This document shows, piece after piece, positions 57,528 to 64,000 of a stretch of DNA of 64,000 bases; the first letter of the stretch is position 1, and every line of letters starts with the position of its first letter. The stretch covers positions 20,094-84,093 of the forward strand of contig JAPOTT010000019.1 in the NCBI GenBank assembly GCA_026709025.1. Direction: 5' to 3'. Under the pieces are notes generated by a model, which had not been told where the DNA came from, did not search any database, and saw only the letters and a program-made list of their open reading frames with translations. Source of the DNA: a bacterium. Lineage in GTDB: Bacteria > Actinomycetota > Acidimicrobiia > Acidimicrobiales > Bin134. The translations under genes and the position numbers were made by a program.

Positions 57528-58531
57528 GTTTGAGTACAACAATCCTTGCTGTAGATGGCGGTAACTCCAAAACCGATATTGCCCTTGTTACCCAAGATGG
57601 TGCTGTTTTGGGAACCGCACGGGTAGAGGCTGGGTCTTACCACGCTGTGGGCATGGAGAAAATGGTAGACAACATTCGTAGCGGCATAGGCCAAGCCGCT
57701 GCCGTAGCCGGTAGCGGTGCAGACACAACAATCCCGGTGGTGGGTGTTTACTGCCTTGCAGGGGCAGATTTGCCTGTTGACGACCAGCGTCTGCAGCGAG
57801 CTTTAGGCGAAGCCAAATTTGCCCGTGAAACTATTGTACGCAACGATGCCTTTGCTGGCCTGCGGGCTGGTTGTAGCAACGGTTGGGGTATTTCTTTGGT
57901 GTGCGGTGCTGGTATGAACTGTGCCGGGGTTGCCCCTAGTGGTGAAATCGTGCGGTTTCCGGCTTTAGGTATTTTGTCGGGTGATGAGGGTGGCGGCGGC
58001 GATCTGGCTATCCGCGCGCTGGCCGCGGCGATACGAGCTCAAGATGGGCGAGCACCGCGGAGCAGCTTGGAGAGGTTGCTCCCCGAACATTTTGGCCTGC
58101 ACAGCCCAATAGATTTGCTTACCGCCGTACACACTGATGAGCTGGCTCACAGCGCTCTTGTGGATTTGGCACCGGTAGTTTTTTCAGCAGCCCAAGCAGG
58201 CGATGAGGTAGCGCGGGGTTTGGTTAGCTGGCTAGCAGACGAGCTGATTTTGATGGGTGGGTCGGCAATTCGGCGGCTAGGGTTGTCAGATGGTGAGTTT
58301 GAGATTGTGTTTGTGGGTTCCATTTGGAAGACAACCGATCAGGTGTTTCACGACCGGGTATGTGCTGGTTTGCGGGAAATAGGCCCACAGGTGGTTTTCC
58401 GTTATCTAGATGCTCCGCCGGTGCTAGGCGCTGCTTTATTGGGTGCAGATCACTTGGGGTTGGGAGCTACTGCACAAGCACGGATGCGCCAAGAGCTGAC
58501 CGCTGTTTGCAGTCAGCACTTAGCTAGCTAA
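57524..58531 (+). CDS. BadF/BadG/BcrA/BcrD-type ATPase (N-acetylglucosamine kinase-like sugar kinase)
   Basis: 335-aa ORF with [16 protein letters not shown] (phosphate-1 motif). The TTG start overlaps the GH4 stop. Confidence 0.75.
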   Translation: MSLSTTILAVDGGNSKTDIALVTQDGAVLGTARVEAGSYHAVGMEKMVDNIRSGIGQAAAVAGSGADTTIPVVGVYCLAGADLPVDDQRLQRALGEAKFARETIVRNDAFAGLRAGCSNGWGISLVCGAGMNCAGVAPSGEIVRFPALGILSGDEGGGGDLAIRALAAAIRAQDGRAPRSSLERLLPEHFGLHSPIDLLTAVHTDELAHSALVDLAPVVFSAAQAGDEVARGLVSWLADELILMGGSAIRRLGLSDGEFEIVFVGSIWKTTDQVFHDRVCAGLREIGPQVVFRYLDAPPVLGAALLGADHLGLGATAQARMRQELTAVCSQHLAS

Positions 58532-60712
58532 TTTGGCTGTATTGGGTGTGCGATAGCCTGCAAAGCGGCGTAAGCGCAGCGAGTTAGATACCACAAACAA
58601 AGAGGAAAGCCCCATAGCTGCTGCTGCAATCATGGGGTTTAGTATCCCAAACGCAGCTAGTGGAATAGCTGCGGTGTTGTAGGCGAAGGCCCAAAACAAG
58701 TTACCTTTGATAACCGTCAAAGTGCGTCTTGAAAGTGCTATCGCATCGGCAACGGCTAGCAGATCGCCCGATACCACCGTTAGGTCGGATGCCTCAATAG
58801 CCACGTCTGTACCGGTACCAACTGCTATACCCAAATCGGCTTGAGCAAGCGCAGGGGAGTCGTTGATGCCGTCACCCACCATGGCAACCCTGTGACCTTG
58901 TGCTTGGTGCTGCGAGATTATAGCGGCCTTGTCTTCAGGGAAAACCTCAGAGATCACGCGATCTTTAGCTTGTGTGCCGATGCCTATTTCGTTAGCTACG
59001 GTTTGAGCAGTGCGGGAGTTGTCTCCGGTTAGCAAAACAATATCTAAACCTTGTTGATGAAACGCTGCTACCGCATCGCGCGATGTTGGTTTGATGCGGT
59101 CTGCCAACACAAAAACAAGTTCGGCGGTGCTGTTTCGTCCAGCCAAAACTGTGGTAGCACCACGATCTTCAGCAGCTGTTGCCTCTTTTTCCACCAATTC
59201 TGGAATGTTGGCAAACAGGCTGCGGCGGCCCACGGCTACCTGTTCACCCGCAACGGTGGCCGAAACCCCCGAACCCGGGTAGTTTTGGAAGCCTTCAACA
59301 TCTAAGTGTTCGGGTACGTGCTTAGCAATAGCTACTGCTATGGGATGCTCGGAGCGAGCTTCGCAAGACGCTGCAAGCTGAGCTAGGTGGTTTGTTGCAG
59401 CAGTGTCTAGGCCGGGCGCGGCTACAGAGGTAACAGACATGGCAGCTTCGGTAACGGTTCCAGTTTTGTCCAACACGATTACATCTATTGCTCGGGTGTC
59501 TTCTAGCACCTCGCCGCCCTTGATAATCACCCCTAGTTGCGCGCCGCGCCCTGTGCCCACCATGATGCCCAATGGGGTGGCTAATCCCAATGCGCATGGG
59601 CAGGCAATGATGAGCACTGCCACTGCCGCAGTAAAAGCATCACCAGAGTTATTTCCCAAAACAAGCCAGCCGAGCAGCGAAATGCTAGCTATCACGATTG
59701 CTAAGGGCACAAACACCGCCGATACCCTGTCGGCCAAGCGCTGTATTGTTGCGCGGCTTGTTTGGGCTTGATCAACTAGACGGATTATCTGTGCTAAGGC
59801 TGTGTTATATCCCACCTGAGTGGCCTCCACCACCAAAGAACCGTTGGCGTTGATCGTGGCACCGATTACCTCATCTCCCGTGCTCACATCAACTGGCACC
59901 GGTTCGCCAGTGATCATGGACATGTCTACAGCTGAGCGCCCATCCACAACAATGCCGTCTGTGGCGATCTTTTCCCCAGGGCGAACTACAAACCGCATCC
60001 CCACATTCAGATCGTCTATGGGGATTTCTTGTCCGTCTTCCAAAAGAGCGGTTTTGGCGCTCAGATCCGCTAGGGCTCTAAGGGCATCTCCAGAGCGGCG
60101 TTTGGCTCGCAACTCAAGCCACTTGCCCAACAGAATCAAACTTACGATCACCGCGCCGGTCTCAAAATAAACGTGGCCATCGCCTATGTTCCCAATCAAC
60201 ACCACAGCCGACCACACGAGAGCCGATAGCGAACCTAGCGAGACCAGCGTGTCCATAGTGGTGGAGCTATGACGTAGGTTCATCCAAGCTGCCCGGTGGA
60301 AAGGCCAACCAGACCAGATGATCACTGGCACAGTTAAGGCACCCACCACCCAGTCCCAGCCATCAAAGCGCAGCGCCGATACCATAGAGATGAGCGTCAA
60401 TGGCAAGGTAAGAACCGTTGCCACAATCAGGCGTTGGAGCAGATCAGCTTCTCGTTCATCCTCAGCTTGTTCAGCGTTATTATCGGTAAGCACCTCATAT
60501 CCCAGAGCAGCCACCTCTGCTGTGAATGCTTCTGTTGGAATGGACAGATCGTGGATGATGCTTGCTTGTCCGGTGGCAAAGTTTACCTGAGCGCTGCTAA
60601 CCCCACTGAGGGTGCCTAGCTTTTGTTGAATTCGGCTGGCGCATGCGCCGCACGTCATCCCACCAACATGGATATCGGTACGTGTGTTGGCGCTTTCTAG
60701 GTCAGTTTGCAT
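58520..60712 (-). CDS. copA: Copper-translocating P1B-type ATPase
   Basis: 730-aa ORF with an HMA domain ([11 protein letters not shown]), [17 protein letters not shown] and [10 protein letters not shown]. Confidence 0.92.
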   Translation of the reverse strand: MQTDLESANTRTDIHVGGMTCGACASRIQQKLGTLSGVSSAQVNFATGQASIIHDLSIPTEAFTAEVAALGYEVLTDNNAEQAEDEREADLLQRLIVATVLTLPLTLISMVSALRFDGWDWVVGALTVPVIIWSGWPFHRAAWMNLRHSSTTMDTLVSLGSLSALVWSAVVLIGNIGDGHVYFETGAVIVSLILLGKWLELRAKRRSGDALRALADLSAKTALLEDGQEIPIDDLNVGMRFVVRPGEKIATDGIVVDGRSAVDMSMITGEPVPVDVSTGDEVIGATINANGSLVVEATQVGYNTALAQIIRLVDQAQTSRATIQRLADRVSAVFVPLAIVIASISLLGWLVLGNNSGDAFTAAVAVLIIACPCALGLATPLGIMVGTGRGAQLGVIIKGGEVLEDTRAIDVIVLDKTGTVTEAAMSVTSVAAPGLDTAATNHLAQLAASCEARSEHPIAVAIAKHVPEHLDVEGFQNYPGSGVSATVAGEQVAVGRRSLFANIPELVEKEATAAEDRGATTVLAGRNSTAELVFVLADRIKPTSRDAVAAFHQQGLDIVLLTGDNSRTAQTVANEIGIGTQAKDRVISEVFPEDKAAIISQHQAQGHRVAMVGDGINDSPALAQADLGIAVGTGTDVAIEASDLTVVSGDLLAVADAIALSRRTLTVIKGNLFWAFAYNTAAIPLAAFGILNPMIAAAAMGLSSLFVVSNSLRLRRFAGYRTPNTAKLAS

Positions 60713-60807
60713 CGCCAGTTCTTGTTCCCCTCTGTGCGTCCCTGATGGTTACATCTTCTTAGAGGCTTCTTACATGTTTATTTTATCTATCTCTATTTGT
60801 GTGCGTT

Positions 60808-62385
60808 TTATTCCCACTCGATGGTACCCGGAGGTTTGGAGGTTATGTCATAAGCCACACGATTTATGCCCTCTATTTCGCCGATAATACGGCTAGACAT
60901 CTTCTCTAGAAGTTCGTGGGGCAGCCTTGCCCAGTCTGCGGTCATGGCATCTTCACTAGTTACGGCGCGAATTACCACTAGATGTCCGTAGGTACGCTCG
61001 TCGCCCATCACGCCCACAGTACGAATATCCGGGAGCACTGCAAAGGTTTGCCACACCTTCCGCTCTAGGCCAGCGGCTTTTATCTCGGCGGTAACGATGG
61101 CATCGGCTTTTGCTAGCAGTTTTGTTTTTTCGGGGGTAACCTCGCCAATTATCCGCACGCCTAACCCCGGGCCAGGGAAAGGGTGTCGCCAGACAATCTC
61201 CTCGGGCAGGCCCAACTCGGTTCCAACGGCGCGAACCTCGTCTTTGAACAGATCGCGCAGCGGTTCCACAAGCGACAGGCTCATCTCATCGGGGATGCCG
61301 CCTACATTATGATGGCTTTTGATTTTGGCAGCAGATTTAGAACCGGATTCAATCACATCGGGGTACAGCGTGCCTTGCACCAAAAAATCCGCCCCAGATA
61401 TTTTGCTTGCGGCCTCTTCAAAGACGCGCACAAACAACTCTCCGATGATCTTGCGCTTTGTTTCGGGTTCGGTTATTCCCCGTAATGCCTCAAAGAATCG
61501 TTCTGCAGCATCTAGGGCAATCAGATCAATGCCTTGTGAGCGACGAAAGGCTTCAACCACCTGTTCCCCCTCACCGAGGCGCATGAGGCCGGTATCTACA
61601 AACACGCAGGTGAGCTGGCTGCCAACCGCTTTGTGTACGAGGGCTGCGGCTACTGCTGAGTCCACGCCGCCCGATAAGCCACACACAGCACGGCCTTGGC
61701 CGATTTGGTTGCGAATTTGTTGGGTTGCGGTAGCAATGAACGATTTAGTTGTCCAACTTGGTGTTAGGCCAGCACCTTTGTACAAGAACTGCTCAAGCAT
61801 TTGTTGTCCCTGTGGGGTGTGAGCCACCTCGGGGTGGAACTGCACGCCGAATATCTGGTTTTGGGTGTTCTCAAAGGCCGCAACGGGGGCTTGGGGGGTA
61901 GATGCGGTAACAACAAACCCCTTAGGTGGGTTAGTGATGGAGTCGAAGTGGCTCATCCAAACCTGACGTTGGGCGGAGTTGGGTGCGTCTGGTACCGAAA
62001 ACAGCGTGCTTGAGGTGTGGAGCGTGATTGGTGTGCGCCCGTACTCGCCAATACCGGTGTGAGAAACCTCTCCACCGAGGTTATGGGCGATAAGCTGCGC
62101 TCCATAGCAGATGCCCAATATTGGAATGTTGAGTTTGTATATCTCGGGGTCTATGCGTGGTGAGCCCTCTATGTGAACCGATTTGGGCCCTCCCGAAAAG
62201 ATCAACGCGGCGGGTTTGCGCTTAGCTAACTCCTTAGCGGTAACGCTGTGGGGCACGATCTCGCTGTAAATGTGGGCTTCACGCACCCTGCGGGCGATGA
62301 GCTGTGCATATTGTGCCCCAAAATCCACAACAAGCACCACATCGGGCTGAGCGGGGTTTTGTTCAGGCACCGGTCGGGGGTTCAC
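60808..62385 (-). CDS. guaA: GMP synthase (glutamine-hydrolysing)
   Basis: GATase (ICYGAQL) plus a PP-loop ([10 protein letters not shown]) and the C-terminal GTIEWE. I start it at the GTG at 62385, overlapping the guaB3 stop (GTGA). The ORF-track extension to 62496 lies inside guaB3. Confidence 0.93.
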   Translation of the reverse strand: MNPRPVPEQNPAQPDVVLVVDFGAQYAQLIARRVREAHIYSEIVPHSVTAKELAKRKPAALIFSGGPKSVHIEGSPRIDPEIYKLNIPILGICYGAQLIAHNLGGEVSHTGIGEYGRTPITLHTSSTLFSVPDAPNSAQRQVWMSHFDSITNPPKGFVVTASTPQAPVAAFENTQNQIFGVQFHPEVAHTPQGQQMLEQFLYKGAGLTPSWTTKSFIATATQQIRNQIGQGRAVCGLSGGVDSAVAAALVHKAVGSQLTCVFVDTGLMRLGEGEQVVEAFRRSQGIDLIALDAAERFFEALRGITEPETKRKIIGELFVRVFEEAASKISGADFLVQGTLYPDVIESGSKSAAKIKSHHNVGGIPDEMSLSLVEPLRDLFKDEVRAVGTELGLPEEIVWRHPFPGPGLGVRIIGEVTPEKTKLLAKADAIVTAEIKAAGLERKVWQTFAVLPDIRTVGVMGDERTYGHLVVIRAVTSEDAMTADWARLPHELLEKMSSRIIGEIEGINRVAYDITSKPPGTIEWE

Positions 62386-63545
62386 CTGCCCATGCCGATG
62401 CCCTGAGAGCGCTGCAATGATTTCCCTTCGGTTTGCAGTGCAGGGGCTACCATCAACTCGGCCTTTTGGAACTCTTTGAGGTTTTCGTAACCACACGTAG
62501 CCACAGAGGTACGTAGGCCACCAAACAGGTTAAGCCGACCATCGTTTTCTTTGGCCGGGCCTAGCAACACTTCTTTTAGAGTGCCCCGAGGTGTGGTTTG
62601 CACTCTGGCACCACGAGGCAAAGTTGGGTGAAAGGTGGCCATTCCCCAATGGTGTCCAAGCCCGGGGGCTTCGTGAGCTGCGGCTAGTGGCGAGCCGATC
62701 ATCACAGCATCAGCTCCACACACTATGGCTTTGGCAATATCCCCACCGGTAGACATTCCTCCATCGGCGATGATGTGCGCGTACACACCGGTTTCATCTA
62801 GGTGTCGCATGCGTGCTGCTCTAGCATCGGCGATAGCTGTGGCTTGAGGAACCCCGATACCTAGCACGCCTCGGGTTGTGCAGGCTTGCCCGGGGCCTAC
62901 TCCCACCAAAACACCAGCCGCGCCAGTTCGCATGAGATGAAGTGCTGCGTCGTAGCTAGCGCAACCCCCTACAATCACAGGGATATCCAAGCGCCGCACA
63001 AAATCTTTTAGGTTGAGGGGTTTTTGAGTTTTTGATTTGTGTTCGGCTGTGATCACCGTGCCTTGAATTACCAACAGGTCTAACTCTGCGGCTAGCAAAT
63101 GAGGAGCAAACTCTTCGGTGCGTTGTGGCGTAACCGATGCACACGACACTACCCCAGCATCTTTTATCTGCCGGATGCGCTCGCTTATCAGCTCATGTTT
63201 GAATGGCTTGGCATACAACTCTTGCAAGCGCGCAGTAGCTGTGTGTGGAGGTTGTGCAGCTATCTCAGCTAATACTGGCGTGGGATCTTCGTAGCGGGTC
63301 CATAGCCCTTCAAGGTTGAGCACCCCCACACCGCCGAGCTGCCCTATGGCGATAGCAGTTTCGGGGCTTACCACCCCATCCATGGCTGCGGCCATGAGCG
63401 GCAACTCAAAGCGGTATGCGTCAATTTCCCAAGAGATGTCTACATCTTGTGGGTCGCGGGTGCGCCTAGATGGCACAATGGCGATGTCGTCAAATCCGTA
63501 GGCTCTTCGCCCGGTTTTGCCGAGCCCAATCTCAACCTCGGCCAT
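62382..63545 (-). CDS. guaB3: GuaB3-type IMP dehydrogenase-related protein (no CBS pair)
   Basis: 387-aa ORF. The N-terminus [17 protein letters not shown] and an IMPDH barrel without a CBS insertion are as in actinobacterial GuaB3. Confidence 0.8.
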   Translation of the reverse strand: MAEVEIGLGKTGRRAYGFDDIAIVPSRRTRDPQDVDISWEIDAYRFELPLMAAAMDGVVSPETAIAIGQLGGVGVLNLEGLWTRYEDPTPVLAEIAAQPPHTATARLQELYAKPFKHELISERIRQIKDAGVVSCASVTPQRTEEFAPHLLAAELDLLVIQGTVITAEHKSKTQKPLNLKDFVRRLDIPVIVGGCASYDAALHLMRTGAAGVLVGVGPGQACTTRGVLGIGVPQATAIADARAARMRHLDETGVYAHIIADGGMSTGGDIAKAIVCGADAVMIGSPLAAAHEAPGLGHHWGMATFHPTLPRGARVQTTPRGTLKEVLLGPAKENDGRLNLFGGLRTSVATCGYENLKEFQKAELMVAPALQTEGKSLQRSQGIGMGR

Positions 63546-63552
63546 CGCCGCG

Positions 63553-64000
63553 CTACATCATGCCGCCCATACCTCCCATGGGGTCGCCACCGGGTGGCAT
63601 TGGGGGGGCAGGCGGTTCCGGTTTGTCGGCTACCAATGCTTCGGTGGTTAGCAGCATGGCGGCGATAGAAGCCGCATTCTGTAAGCCAGCACGGGTTACC
63701 TTGGCGGGGTCTATAACTCCAGCGGTTACCAAATCTTCGGTGTTGCCGGTAGCAGCGTTAAAGCCCACGTTGCCATCGGTGTTCTCTATATCGCGCACCA
63801 CTACAGATCCCTCATAGCCTGCATTGTTAGCGATAATCGAACATGGCACAGATAAGGCATCTAGCACGATGCGAGCACCGGTTGCTTCATCTCCGTCTAG
63901 CGAATCAGCTACCTTTGCAACCGCAGGCTTAGCCCGAAGCAGCGCGGTGCCGCCTCCAGCTACCACGCCTTCCTCGATGGCTGCACGGGTAGCAGAAAGG
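63553..64000 (-). CDS. groEL: Chaperonin GroEL, C-terminal part only (5' end beyond the window)
   Basis: Reading back to nt 64000 gives ...[19 protein letters not shown]...[28 protein letters not shown]...GGMGGMM. Confidence 0.9.
   Translation of the reverse strand, partial: LSATRAAIEEGVVAGGGTALLRAKPAVAKVADSLDGDEATGARIVLDALSVPCSIIANNAGYEGSVVVRDIENTDGNVGFNAATGNTEDLVTAGVIDPAKVTRAGLQNAASIAAMLLTTEALVADKPEPPAPPMPPGGDPMGGMGGMM

Noticed and set aside
58344-58359. Additional parS candidates (TGTTTCAC half-site at 58344; GTGAAAC at about 50228 and about 18513)
   Set aside because: Only one half of the palindrome is present in each case, and all lie inside coding regions.
62386-62496. ORF-track 5' extension of guaA into guaB3
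   Set aside because: The extension has no GATase similarity and overlaps guaB3 by 115 nt. The GTG at 62385 gives the standard GTGA coupling and a normal GuaA N-terminus (…[18 protein letters not shown]).

Overview
This 64-kb window is an Actinobacteria-type chromosomal replication-origin neighbourhood. That placement rests on gene order and by-eye motif reading of the supplied translations; no searches were run. On the minus strand: pknB (partial), pstP, larB-larC-MBL hydrolase, tRNA-Ile, DUF3566, gyrA, gyrB, DUF721, recF, dnaN and dnaA; tRNA-Leu, pheA and an IMPase-family gene in the same stretch are plus-strand. On the plus strand: rpmH-rnpA-yidD-yidC-jag-rsmG-parA-parB. DnaA-box clusters lie in both the dnaN-dnaA and dnaA-rpmH spacers. 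Further right come cwlM-like, trxA and trxB, then a complete Gram-positive-type Tad/Flp pilus operon (cpaB, tadZ-like, tadA, tadB, tadC, flp-like, 2x tadE-like, tadG-like). That operon ends in a 1035-aa membrane protein combining LysM domains with a SARP-type (wHTH-BTAD) regulator module. After it: hpt-tilS, an ECF sigma/anti-sigma pair, metal genes (orphan Fe3+-binding protein, His-rich CDF, CopA), a KamA-family radical SAM gene, an ~11.5-kb glycoside/amino-sugar utilisation cluster, and guaA-guaB3-groEL (partial). Four observations stand out. (1) The normally tight rsmG-parA junction is expanded to 1.8 kb by a decayed IS3-family element framed by two parS-like palindromes and an imperfect inverted repeat. 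The IS pseudogene also carries a 214-bp, internally deleted copy of the rnpA/yidD/yidC junction from 3.6 kb upstream. (2) There is a sharp compositional mosaic: dnaA, dnaN, recF and most of gyrB and gyrA are about 30-45% GC against about 50-60% elsewhere, with breakpoints inside genes. (3) A LysM-SARP fusion is the terminal gene of the tad operon. (4) Several in-frame short tandem repeats sit at or near gene starts. No rRNA, CRISPR array or recognisable defence system was seen.
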